The notes beneath the pieces are model-generated. The model searched no databases. It saw only the letters and a program-made list of their open reading frames with translations, and was not told where the DNA came from. A stretch of 64,000 nt of DNA from Nitrospirales bacterium (GTDB taxonomy: Bacteria > Nitrospirota > Nitrospiria > Nitrospirales > UBA8639): assembly GCA_963555755.3 (NCBI GenBank), contig OY820905.2:3840001-3904000 (forward strand), given 5' to 3'. A program made the position numbers and the translations under genes. Below, in pieces: positions 33,717 to 45,014 of the stretch. How positions within the stretch are numbered: the stretch's first letter is position 1; each line of letters begins with the position of its first letter.

Positions 33717-33873
33717 GGGTTCACGCAAGAATGACTTCCCATGTTTGGGCGTCGATTCATCCCGCCTGGCGGTGTGGCCCGTCCTTTCCATACGAGGAGT
33801 ATGCGCAGTCCTCGCGTCTTGCCAGACAGGCATCTCAACACCCAAACATGGGAAGTTATTCTTGCGTGAACCC
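33717..33873 (+). mobile_element. MITE family D, copy 2
   Basis: Homologous to 32381-32538. Confidence 0.8.
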
Positions 33874-33940
33874 TAGGGTTCTATGCTGAAATACGCGGAA
33901 CAAATCCGAAACTCGAGTGCCGAAATTCGAAACACATTCA

Positions 33941-34227
33941 ACCTAGAAACAGCTGTTGGGCGCAAAGAAGACCCGTAAGATATTGGTGTGCATCGTGAAA
34001 GAGAAAAAGTCGTGGTCACCTTGGTGGTGATGAGACATTTTTTTGTGTTGCTAGGAGCCTGTCCGAGATTAGCGATTGTCACGAGGGTGGTCTGGTTTGA
34101 GTCAGATATTTCGATCGTTTGAGGCGAATAGTGGTGCTATTCAACGAAAACGGAGAATGTTCAAAAAGGCCGCCAACTGCGCCAAGAGCTTGCGGGGGAC
34201 TTGGTGATCCAACAGCTGTTTCTAGGT
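33941..34227 (+). mobile_element. MITE family F interrupted by a partial family C copy and a family A fragment
   Basis: TIR ACCTAGAAACAGCTGTTGG; family C end inserted after CTAG at 34051-34054. Confidence 0.75.
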
Positions 34228-34352
34228 TCCCATGGCCACATTGCACATAACAAAGACGCCGGGATACTGGTTGCGATTATTGGACGCGCAAGATAATCCG
34301 GTACTCCCGACGCAGAACGCGACAAATCCGTTCGGCGTATTTTGGGCGGTTT

Positions 34353-34784
34353 TTAGAGCATCCAAGCCAAAGAAACCAATTTGGTGCTGGGATTCATAGC
34401 GATGAGCCAAAATACGAACCCTAGCGTGACCACGCTGCCTAGAATCAGCCCAATGAACCTCCACGCCGCATTTCGGTGTTGGTAGGTGATGTCCCGTTCA
34501 GATCCAAAGTGTCCACGTGGTTTTTGGGCTGCTGAAACGGGATTCCCATTGCCGGAATGATGGCGATGAGACGGAGAATGGGTGCTTCCCATCATCTGGG
34601 CTTTTCGTAGTTCTCGGCGTTCCTCGAGGAGACAGGCTGTCTGATACCAGTACTGTTCTTCAAGTTTTAGGAGTGCATCACGATTCTCAAACGCAAGGGC
34701 TTTATCGAGAAGCGGTTGATAGGTTCGGTCAAGTTGTTTGAATTTCCACCAGATGGATAATCGTTTGGTCATTATTTTAAGCAC
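34353..34784 (-). CDS. Hypothetical protein with C-terminal TM helix
   Basis: GGAGG 7 nt before GTG 34784. Confidence 0.55.
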   Translation of the reverse strand: MLKIMTKRLSIWWKFKQLDRTYQPLLDKALAFENRDALLKLEEQYWYQTACLLEERRELRKAQMMGSTHSPSHRHHSGNGNPVSAAQKPRGHFGSERDITYQHRNAAWRFIGLILGSVVTLGFVFWLIAMNPSTKLVSLAWML

Positions 34785-35034
34785 AGTCGTACCTCCACTT
34801 ATGATGGCGTATTGTGTGCTTTGGTTATGACAGATTGGTGAGGATTTCAAAATACGACAATTGCCGCATCAGGGGAATGGGGAGATGTCAAAACAGTAGG
34901 GAGTTAGGACAGAGAACCTCACGTCCCGTGGGGAAGAACGTGAGCCTTTTGATGGTCAGAGAGAAACGAATGCCTCTGCGTCAGGAAGAGTTTTTTGGTA
35001 AGAGTATGGAACCACGTTGCTGGCTGTTGAGTAT

Positions 35035-35358
35035 TTATGATTCATGCGAGAGCGGAATGGGCATATGCATATGGTGATCTTCCCTCGCCGTCCGGACTTC
35101 ACGTGTGTGTTGAATCAATTCCAGAAACTGAACCACCGCCGCTGTACGGGATTCGACACCGAGTTTGGTGTAAATGTGTTCTAAGTGTTTTGACGCAGTT
35201 CGTGGACTAATGGCCAGGATGAGGCCAATTTCATTGTTCGTCTTTCCACGAGCCACCCATTCAAGTACCTCGACCTCTCGGGGAGTTAGTCCCTTTTCCT
35301 CTAGGGCGACAAGGGTATCCGTTTCAAGCGATGGACTAGTGTCCTGTATCATTTCCAT
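35035..35358 (-). CDS. Stand-alone LuxR-type HTH regulator
   Basis: LTPREVEVLEWVARGKTNNEIGLILAISPRTASKHLEHIYTKLGV. Confidence 0.88.
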   Translation of the reverse strand: MEMIQDTSPSLETDTLVALEEKGLTPREVEVLEWVARGKTNNEIGLILAISPRTASKHLEHIYTKLGVESRTAAVVQFLELIQHTREVRTAREDHHMHMPIPLSHES

Positions 35359-35440
35359 GATAATAACCTTTCCTCTCCCTGGGCCTTACCCAGGTACTTG
35401 TTGAACTCTCATATGTTTGCGTCTTTGAATAAGGTATATG

Positions 35441-35455
35441 GCAACTTACGGGCCA
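35441..35455 (-). promoter_or_regulatory. Probable sigma54 promoter of the LuxR gene
   Basis: Minus strand TGGCCCGTAAGTTGC; IHF-like site at ~35494-35506. Confidence 0.6.
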
Positions 35456-35994
35456 ACTTGGCATGGGAGGAAATTTTGTCGGAAAAAATGTCATAACCTG
35501 TTGAATCTAAATAATAAAATTTGTATAAAGTTTGATGGTCGTGTTGCCGATTGGGCCAAACTCCTATCCAAAATCGTAAAAAAACTTTACGATTTTACAG
35601 TCGAGTCAGCAGAATCTTGTGAAAAAATTAATCAATTCAATGTGTTGCGAGGGAATGGGGAATTGTAAAAATTTTCGACATTCGTTAGATGACGAATGAG
35701 TATTTTGAGGGAGGATGGTGAAAAATATGCGTTAAAACAACGAGTTGATTGTCCAAATCAACCAAGTTTCTGCCATGATCAATTTTCTGACATAACCCCA
35801 AAGAGGGATGAGGTTTAGCTGGAAGGCAGACGGAATTACCACACTTACGAGGGGCTATTAAGTGTAGAAACGTAGACTTTATTTTTCAGACACAGTCAGC
35901 TATTGGGGATCAACTTGCGGTCCTTATGGGGCTGTTGAATAATTCGCGTCAATAGCCAATACACGCTCCAGATGAGCCCCACATCGTCAGTGGG

Positions 35995-36141
35995 AGGGAA
36001 TGTTCAAAAAAGCATGCCCTGAGTCTTTCCGAAGGGTCTATCCAGCAAGGCCGCAGCCCTTTTGACGCGCGGAGCGTACTCATAGTACGTGAGCACGGCA
36101 AAAGGGCGAGAACGCCGCTGGCGGCTTTTTTCAACATTCCC
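35995..36141 (-). repeat. MITE-like family A, copy 2
   Basis: GGGAATGTTCAAAAAAG...CTTTTTTCAACATTCCC. Confidence 0.8.
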
Positions 36142-36199
36142 CTTATATAACAAGACAACAAACAAAGGGCATGGGGATTCGGGTCCAGGGGGTTCATTG

Positions 36200-37225
36200 T
36201 CTGTAAATAGCTCTTGAAGCGTAATAATATTGTCTTCCATACCAGTGATTTCCTGACCACTTACCAACTTCCAGGTCCCACGAAGAGGCGGTTTTGCTGC
36301 AGAATGAGTTCAATCGCAGAACCAATATAATGCCGCATGGCCTTCGTCGAAATTTCCAGGCCGGACATCGCCACCAGGGTTTCAATTCTCATCAATGTAT
36401 CTCGAGGAGAATTGGCATGAATGATTGTCAGAGACCTATCATGGCCAGTAGTCATCGCTTGCAGCATATCCAGGGTTTTAGCCCCACGAACCTCACCGAG
36501 AACAATTCGGTCCGGCCTCATCCGCCAGGTATTTGATCAGTTCCCGCTGCGTCGCTTCTCCCCGTCCCTCAACATTGAGGGGGGGGCCATTCCCACAACA
36601 TACTCTTGTCGAAGTTGAAGCTAGCCAGCACCTTCAATGGTAATAATTCGCTCGTCACCCGGGATAAAGCTCGACAAAATATACAACAGGGTCGTCTTCT
36701 CAGACCCTGTTCCTCCTGAAATCACAATGGTGAGACGAGACCGGACTGCTGCTTCCAACACCTGCCCAATTTCGGGAGTCATCGATGTATTGGAAAGGAG
36801 GTATTCACTTCGCTCCATCTGATGGGATGTTCAGGGCATGGGAGACCCAATATTCTTTCGGTTCGTGGGTGGCATCGATTATTTTTGGATATTTGGGTAA
36901 ATTCATTGCGGGTTTTTGGGGCGAAGGGGCTTCCAATATTACCTGGAGCAGTTACGTTGGCCTGAACAATTTTTTCCCCTTGGTTGGGGGAATGCATCAA
37001 GGCGTCTTGGTGTCCTAACAGGTAAAGGTGGAGCGAAGTGAATACCCCGTATTGATCATCAGATGAGTCATGTGGAGTGTATCAGGACTGAACTTTCTGA
37101 TAGAAAGCGCGGTCGTCCCATCGAGGGCTCAAGGAGGAAGGACCGCAGTGACACGTGATCAATCAGGAAGACGCGCATCAACTATTGGAGACGATTCGTC
37201 AATCCTTCGCCCGACCTGCTTCTGG
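36200..37225 (-). pseudogene. Decayed CpaF/TadA ATPase paralogue
   Basis: GRRIDESSPIVDARLPD, GGTGSEKTT (broken Walker A) and [12 protein letters not shown] fragments, with stops and frameshifts. Confidence 0.85.
36800..37046. mobile_element. 247-bp MITE (family G) inserted in the cpaF pseudogene
   Basis: Perfect 18-bp TIR GGTATTCACTTCGCTCCA, resembling the IS1595 termini in this window. Confidence 0.65.
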
Positions 37226-37262
37226 TGATGCGTATGTACTACGAGGAGGCCTTGTTACTTAA

Positions 37263-37403
37263 GGGCACCTCTAAAAACCGTCCTTTTCCGTGATGGCGGC
37301 GTCAGCCGCGTGCTCACATCCTCATGTATTCGCCCATACACTCCGGTTTTCCGCGCGCGGCTTCCTTGCCCTCACAAAAAATGCCGGGTTTTTAGAGGTG
37401 CCC
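37263..37403 (-). mobile_element. MITE family B, copy 3
   Basis: 141 bp; TSD TTAA/TTAA. Confidence 0.88.
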
Positions 37404-37800
37404 TTAAGTACGCCGCCTACACGAATGATGCGAACCGAATCCGTTGGCGCTTGATCCCATCCATCTGGTAAGCAATTTCCGAGAGATATTCTGCAACCAG
37501 CCGTGTCATTGAGTCTGTAGGCAAGAATCGTTGACGCTCCCCCCGTAATTTCGCATTTGCGACAGCATGCCCTGAAAACTCAAAGCGATATCCTGGATCC
37601 ATTATCTGCGTTGCAAACGGCAGCGCTCGCTCGGAATGTCCAGCCACTGTGAGTGGTGAATGTAATCGGTGTGGAAGTCACTACGGAGAGGATGGATGAC
37701 CTTCCCTCTTTTGAGTTAAGACGATTGTCGTATGGTTCAAAAGCATGACGTTGAATTATTCTTGAAAAAACAAAATGATAAAAGAGCTTGAGGAAACAAA

Positions 37801-39333
37801 ATGATCAAAGAGAATGAACAACTGAAGAACCAGGCAATTTTTATGAGAGCAACTATCTTGAAATTCCTATTCCCTATTGGAGTGCTGTTGGTGATAAGTT
37901 TTTTCACGAACCACACCCTTGGTTGGGCGGCTGACCTTACGTTCCAAGTACTTAAAACCCAAAAACCCCAAAAGGTGGAATTGGTTGCGGGAACTTCAGT
38001 GGTCATAGAGGTTCCAATAGCCATCAAGCGAGCCTCTATTGCCAATACGGAAGTAGCAGACACCCGAGTCCTTTCTAATAAACATGTTTATGTTATCGGA
38101 AAAACCATCGGGGTGACGAATCTTACCTTGTGGGATAAAAAGAATGGGAGGGTTTTTGCAGTCCTTGATTTGAATGTCCGACCGGATGTGAGTCGGCTAA
38201 AGGCTCACCTCCATAAAGTTTTGCCAGGAGAAAAAAATGTCCACGTATCCGCTGCTCATGACAGCCTCACCATTTGGGGAACGGTCTCGGATCCTGTCAT
38301 CGTTAAGCAAGTCTTAGATATGGCTGAGCCGTATGCTCCTAAAAAAATTGTGAACCTTCTGACGGTGGGTGGAGTACAGCAAGTCATGCTGGAGGTCCGA
38401 GTCGCTGAGATGAGCCGTGATTTGTCAAAAAGATTGGGCTTTAACTGGACCTCTGTGAATTCAGTGGGAGATGGAATATTCGTGAATAAGTTGAACAATC
38501 TGGCTCAGATAGTTCCATCTAATGATGCTGTAATAAGTCCCCTTGCACCGGGGAATAGTTCTCCATTCGGCTTGGCTTTGAATCAGGCAGTCAACGTGGT
38601 GTTACGATTTCAGACAGGGAGCATCACCACGACCGGCTTTATCGATGCCCTGAAACAGTCTGGACTGGTGAAGATTCTGGCTGAACCGACCCTCGTAGCA
38701 TTAAATGGCCAGGAAGCGAGTTTTTTGGCAGGTGGAGAATTCCCATTTCCGGTGCCGCAGAACTTTAATACCACCACCATCAAATTTAAGAAATTTGGCG
38801 TAGGTCTCAGTTTTCGGCCGACGGTATTGGGAAATCACAAAATTAGTATAGAAGTAGCGCCAGAGGTCTCTGAACTAGATTTTCAAAATGCTATTACAAT
38901 CCAAGGTTTTACTATCCCATCGATTACAACCCGACGAGTCAAGACAGTGGTAGAACTAAAAGATGGACAGAGTTTTGCTATTGGAGGGCTGATTCGAGAG
39001 AACGTCAAAGAGCAAATATCTAAATTTCCCTTGTTGGGCGATATTCCTATATTGGGTGTTTTGTTTCGGAGCAGCTCCTTTCAAAAAAGTGAGACGGAAT
39101 TAGTCATCATCGTAACGGTTCATATTATCAAACCGCTCGATGTCGTCAAGCAGACAGTTCCCACAGATTTTTTCGTGGAACCTAATGATTACGAATTTTT
39201 CATTGAGGGGAAAATGGAGGGGCCGAGGCAATCCAAAGACGGAAAAGCCTCAGTCACATCTTTACGGAAATCCTCAAAGCAGCGAACAACAACAGTAGGA
39301 TTGGATGGAGAGTTCGGTCATATATGGCCATAA
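37801..39333 (+). CDS. cpaC: Tad pilus secretin CpaC/RcpA
   Basis: QQVMLEVRVAEM, LAEPTLVALNGQEASFLAGGEFP and FPLLGDIPILGVLFRS. Confidence 0.93.
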   Translation: MIKENEQLKNQAIFMRATILKFLFPIGVLLVISFFTNHTLGWAADLTFQVLKTQKPQKVELVAGTSVVIEVPIAIKRASIANTEVADTRVLSNKHVYVIGKTIGVTNLTLWDKKNGRVFAVLDLNVRPDVSRLKAHLHKVLPGEKNVHVSAAHDSLTIWGTVSDPVIVKQVLDMAEPYAPKKIVNLLTVGGVQQVMLEVRVAEMSRDLSKRLGFNWTSVNSVGDGIFVNKLNNLAQIVPSNDAVISPLAPGNSSPFGLALNQAVNVVLRFQTGSITTTGFIDALKQSGLVKILAEPTLVALNGQEASFLAGGEFPFPVPQNFNTTTIKFKKFGVGLSFRPTVLGNHKISIEVAPEVSELDFQNAITIQGFTIPSITTRRVKTVVELKDGQSFAIGGLIRENVKEQISKFPLLGDIPILGVLFRSSSFQKSETELVIIVTVHIIKPLDVVKQTVPTDFFVEPNDYEFFIEGKMEGPRQSKDGKASVTSLRKSSKQRTTTVGLDGEFGHIWP

Positions 39334-39348
39334 GAAGAAGGTAAACCT

Positions 39349-39636
39349 ATGAAAACAACTTTAGTGATGGTGGGTGCTATCGTTTGTGCGTTAAGCGTGC
39401 TGGCTTGTCAAGGAAGACCGACGAGATTGAGCCCAGACTTCGGTTCATCGGCAAGATTGGTTGTCGAAAATCAAATATTGAACCCAAATGCTCCAACAAG
39501 TCTTGACCCCGTGGAAGGCATGGATGGCAAGGCATCCCTCAAAATTTTAGAGCAATATCATAAGTCTTTCGAGGGGAAAAGGAAGCAAACCGAGAGGGCT
39601 GGTTTCGTTATCAATGCAGGCTCGTCTAAAAAATGA
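39349..39636 (+). CDS. Small Tad-associated lipoprotein (pilotin/CpaD-like position)
   Basis: Lipobox VLAC; DFG...QILNPNA motif; immediately follows the secretin. Confidence 0.7.
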   Translation: MKTTLVMVGAIVCALSVLACQGRPTRLSPDFGSSARLVVENQILNPNAPTSLDPVEGMDGKASLKILEQYHKSFEGKRKQTERAGFVINAGSSKK

Positions 39637-39758
39637 GTTGGGTTCGAAACTCAAGGAGATTTTTGAAATGTGAAGAAAGAGGATCTCGTTGAAATTCAAT
39701 CATTATGAAAGATGACGCCATCGGGAAATTATGATTTCAGTGAGAAGGAGGCAAAGTC

Positions 39759-40205
39759 ATGTTTCGAGAATTGGTCCGGCTTAAACCTGTGAAACGGAAA
39801 CACGTAATCTGGAGGGACAACCGTGGTGCTGCGGCCATCGAAATGGCCCTTGTGCTTCCGATCCTGGTGGTTTTAGTTCTGGGGATTATGGAATTTGGAA
39901 TACTCATGTTTTCCCAACAAGTGATCGTCAATGCAAGTCGTGAAGGAGCGAGACAAGGTATCGTGCTGGCCACCCCACGACCTACGGAGGGAGACGTGGA
40001 GAATGTTGTGGCTAATTACCTTACTACGTCCACCTTAGATAGTGGTCTTGCTGATGTGACCGTAGAAGGTGCTGGTGGTGCAGGGGGAACGAACCTAACG
40101 GTTTCAGTCAATTATCCTTACCAGTTTATAGCGCTTAGCAATTTTGTGCCAGGATTGCCTGATCCGTTTCCTTTAACTGCTTCGACAACCATGGTTTTAG
40201 AATAG
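39759..40205 (+). CDS. tadE: TadE-like pseudopilin
   Basis: RG/AAAIEMALVLPIL...NASREGARQG. Confidence 0.9.
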   Translation: MFRELVRLKPVKRKHVIWRDNRGAAAIEMALVLPILVVLVLGIMEFGILMFSQQVIVNASREGARQGIVLATPRPTEGDVENVVANYLTTSTLDSGLADVTVEGAGGAGGTNLTVSVNYPYQFIALSNFVPGLPDPFPLTASTTMVLE

Positions 40206-40299
40206 GGATTTCCAAAACAATAACAGGGTGCCTAACCGACACTTCGCGGTGAATGAGGATCTCATCCTTTTTAGTTTTTGGGGAAAGATTGAGGGAAAA

Positions 40300-41376
40300 A
40301 TGAAGATTCTAAGAAATAAAATGAAAATAATCATTTCCGAAAATCGTGGGGCTGTTGTGATCACAGTGGCCCTGATCTTAGGTGTATTGGTTTCGATTAC
40401 CGCCTTAACCGTTGATATCGGGTACGGGTTAGTCACGAGAACGCAACTGCACGCTATTGCTGATGGATCTGCATTGGCAGGGACTCGACAACTCGGGCTG
40501 GTCTATGAAGGGCTGACCTCAGCTGAACAACAAAATTATACCCTGTCCAGTATGGGACAACAGGCTATTACGACAATGGTGAACAGTGTTGGGCAAGCTA
40601 ATGAGGCGGGAGGACAGGCTATCACCATAAACGATGGAGACATTCAGGTCGGGCGATGGGACTTTGAAGCGCAAACGTTTACTGCAGGCTTGAATAGTCC
40701 CAATGCCGTCAGGGTAACAGCACGTCGGGACCGTGCAGCCAATGGTCCGATTGTCACCTTTTTTGCAGGGATTATGGGCATTAACACGATAAATGTGTCC
40801 GCAACCGCGACAGCGTCACTGGGGGCCCTGAGTACTACCAATGTGGGCGACCTGCCGGCTCCCATAGGAATATCGGAGTATTGGTATACACAAGGAGAGT
40901 GGTGTGGTGAGAGCATAAAGTTTCACCCAACGGGAACCCTTGACGGTTGCGCGGGCTGGCATACATATGAGGACCACCCGTCCAATGCCAGAAGGTTGCG
41001 TGATATCATTGATGGCCTTGAAGATCAGTCCTATGAGTCCCCAGAGACTCAGGCTGGAGACTCTTCCTTTGAATTTATCGGTGGGGATGTGGCGTCGGCA
41101 TTTTCGAATTTTCAAGAACTTTATGAGACCAGGAAATATGACGAGGAACCACATGACACCTGGGCAACCTCCGTCGTTGTCTATGACCGGGACGATTGTT
41201 CCAATCCGAATAAGGATATCCTCATTGTAGGATTTGCCAAAGTTGAGATCTATGAGGTCCTTGGACCACCAGAGAAAACGATTAAGGCGACGGTTTTGTG
41301 CAATGAGTACGAGGCCGGGCGGTCAAGTGGAAGTAATTTTGGTTTGATGGGAACGATTCCTGGCTTAGTGCAATAA
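40300..41376 (+). CDS. tadG: TadG-like pilus assembly protein
   Basis: RG/AVVITVAL..VDIGY..QLHAIADGSALAG and NAVRVTARRD. Confidence 0.82.
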   Translation: MKILRNKMKIIISENRGAVVITVALILGVLVSITALTVDIGYGLVTRTQLHAIADGSALAGTRQLGLVYEGLTSAEQQNYTLSSMGQQAITTMVNSVGQANEAGGQAITINDGDIQVGRWDFEAQTFTAGLNSPNAVRVTARRDRAANGPIVTFFAGIMGINTINVSATATASLGALSTTNVGDLPAPIGISEYWYTQGEWCGESIKFHPTGTLDGCAGWHTYEDHPSNARRLRDIIDGLEDQSYESPETQAGDSSFEFIGGDVASAFSNFQELYETRKYDEEPHDTWATSVVVYDRDDCSNPNKDILIVGFAKVEIYEVLGPPEKTIKATVLCNEYEAGRSSGSNFGLMGTIPGLVQ

Positions 41377-41386
41377 CTCCGTTGAT

Positions 41387-42679
41387 GTGATTCGTGCAGA
41401 AATAATAATGATGAATGAAAAACTTTCAGTATCAGTCCAGGTTGCTGATGAACAAGTCAAAACCGCTTTAGAGGGCATAATCAGTGATACCAAAGATTTT
41501 ATGGTAAGTCAGCCGGGAGGGCTGGATCACCTTGATTTCCTCATTATGGAGTTGGACGAAAATAATCCCACCAAAACGTTTTCACAAATTGAGGCCAACC
41601 TGAAAGGGTTTCCCCAAACAGATATTTTTTTGACTTGTCAAACCATTGATGCGCCAACGCTCTTAAACGCCTTTCGAATTGGCGTAAAGGAATTTATTCC
41701 CCAACCCCTGAACCGGGACGAAGTTCAGCAAATTTTTGTCCGTGCCCAGGAAAAACATCAGGGATGTTCAGTGCCCGCTCCTTCCCAAAAACCGAAAGGT
41801 CGTGTCATATCCATACTGGGTGGCAAAGCTGGGGCGGGAGTAACCACCCTTACTGTCAATCTGGGGGTCAGTTTGCAAAATTTGGGAAAATCCGTCGTGA
41901 TTCTCGATCTCAATTTTCACAGCGGAGATGTGCCAATCTTTTTGGATCTTCAGCCGACACGGGGCATCTTTGAGGTTGCCAGGAATCTGGCCAGACTGGA
42001 CGATGCGTTTTTGTTGAGTTGTCTCACCACGCATAGTTCCGGTGTATCGATTTTGTCTCTAGACGAAGCACGGCCTTCAAAGATAGGGGACAAAAGAACA
42101 GATAAGATAACTTCTTCAACGATGCATCCGGTGCTCGAGCTCTTGGTAGGTTTATTTGATTACATTCTTATAGATTGTGGAACGGTCCTAGATGAACGCA
42201 TGGTAAAGATTTTTGAACAATCAGCCATGTTATTTGTCCTCTATACCCTTCGGCTTCCTGTGATTAAAAAAACCCAGCGTCTTTTACAGATTCTCGATGA
42301 GATGGGATATCCCAAGGAAAAAAGAAAATTGATATTAAATGCCTTCGTTCCAGAAGCAGAAGCTCTTATGCTCGAAACCGAAACAATTTTTGAAACGAAG
42401 GTGTTTGTGAAAATCATGGAGGATCTTCCAAGCGCGAACACCGCTGTCAATAGTGGAATACCAATGGTAATTGGGGCGCCCAAAACAGTCGTGGTGAAAG
42501 CTTTTCAAAATCTAGCCTATTTCTTGATTGGCAAGAAGCCACCGAAGAAAAAAAATGAATTACAATCAATTCTAGCGGTGTTCAGCCGTACAGGTGTGCG
42601 GGGAATATGGGCGTCTCTACAAGACAAATGGGTAAGGCCAAAGGTTAATCCGAACATAAGTCAGGAGATAAAAACATGA
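41387..42679 (+). CDS. cpaE: CpaE/TadZ (pseudo-receiver plus MinD-like ATPase)
   Basis: [35 protein letters not shown]. Confidence 0.88.
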   Translation: MIRAEIIMMNEKLSVSVQVADEQVKTALEGIISDTKDFMVSQPGGLDHLDFLIMELDENNPTKTFSQIEANLKGFPQTDIFLTCQTIDAPTLLNAFRIGVKEFIPQPLNRDEVQQIFVRAQEKHQGCSVPAPSQKPKGRVISILGGKAGAGVTTLTVNLGVSLQNLGKSVVILDLNFHSGDVPIFLDLQPTRGIFEVARNLARLDDAFLLSCLTTHSSGVSILSLDEARPSKIGDKRTDKITSSTMHPVLELLVGLFDYILIDCGTVLDERMVKIFEQSAMLFVLYTLRLPVIKKTQRLLQILDEMGYPKEKRKLILNAFVPEAEALMLETETIFETKVFVKIMEDLPSANTAVNSGIPMVIGAPKTVVVKAFQNLAYFLIGKKPPKKKNELQSILAVFSRTGVRGIWASLQDKWVRPKVNPNISQEIKT

Positions 42680-44013
42680 CATTCTTCTCAGGCAATGATT
42701 CCACAGAGGTTTTTGAAGCCCCATTGACGGGGACCAACGCAGATTATGTGGATGTGAAGGAAAAAGTGCATCAACAAGTTCTGGAAATGTTAGACCTAGC
42801 CGCCCTTGCAAAACTGAGTTCTGAAGAAATTAAGTCTGAATTGAGAAATATCATTATGCGGATTATCAGCGAGCAGAATTTTCCTCTTAATTCAGTTGAA
42901 CGAGATGGGTTGGTGGCAGAGATTGGGCATGAGATCATGGGCCTTGGTCCTTTAGAGCCCTTGATTGAAGATGGCACGATCAATGACATTTTGGTGAATA
43001 GGCCCGATCAAGTGTTTGTTGAACGGAAAGGGAAGCTTCAACTCACGAATGTACGGTTCCGCAATGAAGCGCATTTACGAAAAATCATTGACCGAATCGT
43101 TTCGTCGGTTGGGAGACGGGTTGACGAATCTTCTCCAATGGTTGATGCCCGTTTAACTGACGGGTCTCGCGTCAATGCCATTATTCCTCCGCTGGCGTTG
43201 GATGGCTCTTGCCTATCAATCAGAAAATTCAGCAAAGACAAATTGACGGTTCATGATCTCTTGAACTATCAGACATTGATTCAGCCGATGGCGGAACTCT
43301 TGGAAGCCATTGTGAAAGGGAGACTCAATGTTCTTATTTCAGGTGGAACGGGCTGTGGAAAAACAACCGTTTTGAATATCTTGTCAGGATTCATTCCTGA
43401 TGATGAACGCATCATTACCATCGAAGATGCCGCGGAGCTTCAACTCCGTCAAGAACATGTTGTTCGGTTGGAGACTCGTCCTCCGAATGTCGAGGGACAA
43501 GGCGAAGTGACGCAAAGGGAATTGGTCAAAAATAGTCTGAGGATGCGGCCCGATCGAATCGTCATGGGTGAGGTGCGCGGAGCGGAAACGCTCGACATGT
43601 TGCAAGCGATGAATACTGGTCATGATGGGTCTCTGACCACTATCCATGCGAATTCCCCGAGAGATGCGTTGACAAGGATAGAAACCTTGGTGGCCTTGGC
43701 TGGATTGAATATTTCCACCAAGGCATTGAGGCACTATGTGAGTTCGGCTATTAATGTCATTATCCAATTGGCCCGGCTCTCCGATGGAGGCCGTAAAGTC
43801 ATGAGTATTCAAGAAGTTTCAGGGATGGAGGGGGAGGTGATCACCCTGCAGGAGATTTTTGCCTTTGAGCAGACAGGATTAGGCGAAAACCGAAAAGTTG
43901 TGGGACGGTTTAAGGCGACAGGAGTAAGGCCAAAGTTCGTGGATCGCCTCAAAGCCTTAGGAATTGATGTGGATCCGGATATATTCGATCCATTAGAAAT
44001 TACCGAAGTGTAA
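42676..44013 (+). CDS. cpaF: CpaF/TadA pilus ATPase
   Basis: [33 protein letters not shown] and MNTGHDGS. Confidence 0.95.
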   Translation: MTFFSGNDSTEVFEAPLTGTNADYVDVKEKVHQQVLEMLDLAALAKLSSEEIKSELRNIIMRIISEQNFPLNSVERDGLVAEIGHEIMGLGPLEPLIEDGTINDILVNRPDQVFVERKGKLQLTNVRFRNEAHLRKIIDRIVSSVGRRVDESSPMVDARLTDGSRVNAIIPPLALDGSCLSIRKFSKDKLTVHDLLNYQTLIQPMAELLEAIVKGRLNVLISGGTGCGKTTVLNILSGFIPDDERIITIEDAAELQLRQEHVVRLETRPPNVEGQGEVTQRELVKNSLRMRPDRIVMGEVRGAETLDMLQAMNTGHDGSLTTIHANSPRDALTRIETLVALAGLNISTKALRHYVSSAINVIIQLARLSDGGRKVMSIQEVSGMEGEVITLQEIFAFEQTGLGENRKVVGRFKATGVRPKFVDRLKALGIDVDPDIFDPLEITEV

Positions 44014-44033
44014 GTCTTTCCAGAAAGCCGTTT

Positions 44034-44999
44034 ATGAATATTGTTATCGCCATTGGTTTGTTTATCACCGTCGTGCTCCTTCTAGAGGGACTCTTTTATT
44101 TCTATCGTTCTTCGCTAAGCCCTGAAGCGAGGCGCATAAACCAACGTGTCCGGCGAGGAGAAATTAGGGACACTGTGACAAAAGAAGTCAAGATCCTTCG
44201 CACCCGCAATTTGAGCGAGGTGGCATCGTTTCGAAAAGTATTAGAAAGTTCGGTTCAAATCAATTTTATCGAGCGACTGCTCCGACAGGCCGACAGTCAA
44301 CTTTCCGTTGGCGTCTTTCTGATGCTATCGGCTCTTTTGGGAATCAGTGGGATTATGATTTTTAATCTCTTCAGTATGCATCTGCTTGCTGCTGTTGGTG
44401 TTGGGGTCTTAATGGCCTGCATGCCTTTGGTGATGTTGTTGCGGCAAAGAAAAAAGAGATTTGCGCTCTTCGAAAGGCAATTGCCTGATGCCTTAGACTT
44501 AATCTCGCGAGCGCTACGGGCGGGTCATTCTTTATCGGTAGGCATGAACATGATAGGCGAAGAATTAGCTGCACCAATTGGTAGCGAGTTTGAACGAACT
44601 GTTCAAGAAATATCATTTGGGGTTCCTACCCAAGATGCGTTAGGCAACCTTTGTACTCGGATTGATAGTCTAGAGTTGAAATTCTTTGTCACGGCTTTAT
44701 TGGTTCAATGGGAAACAGGGGGCAATCTTATCGAAATCCTTGAAACGATTAGCGATCTCATTCGCCAGCGCTTTGAATTGCTTAGCCGAGTTCGATCACT
44801 TTCTGCTGAGGGCAGGCTTTCAGCTATCATTTTGTTTGGGATGCCTATAGTCCTCGCTGGCGTAATCAGTTGGGTCAATCCTGATTATATTATTATCATG
44901 ACGGAAGATCCGATTGGGCAGGGCATGTTAGCCTGTGGTGCGTTTCTGATGACCCTCGGAGGTATTATAACGAAAAGAATGGTAAACATCGATGTGTAA
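44034..44999 (+). CDS. tadB: TadB inner-membrane platform protein
   Basis: QLPDALDLISRALRAGHS, ETGGNL and LSAEGRLSA. Confidence 0.92.
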   Translation: MNIVIAIGLFITVVLLLEGLFYFYRSSLSPEARRINQRVRRGEIRDTVTKEVKILRTRNLSEVASFRKVLESSVQINFIERLLRQADSQLSVGVFLMLSALLGISGIMIFNLFSMHLLAAVGVGVLMACMPLVMLLRQRKKRFALFERQLPDALDLISRALRAGHSLSVGMNMIGEELAAPIGSEFERTVQEISFGVPTQDALGNLCTRIDSLELKFFVTALLVQWETGGNLIEILETISDLIRQRFELLSRVRSLSAEGRLSAIILFGMPIVLAGVISWVNPDYIIIMTEDPIGQGMLACGAFLMTLGGIITKRMVNIDV

Positions 45000-45014
45000 T
45001 CAGTCAGGCCTGAC

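Noticed and set aside
35949..36267. Small ORFs reading ..LKKAASGVLALLPCSRT.. (also near 4382, 56836, 59288) and ..CIRPYTPVFRA.. (9316, 31122)
   Set aside because: Translations of MITE families A and B, not independent genes.
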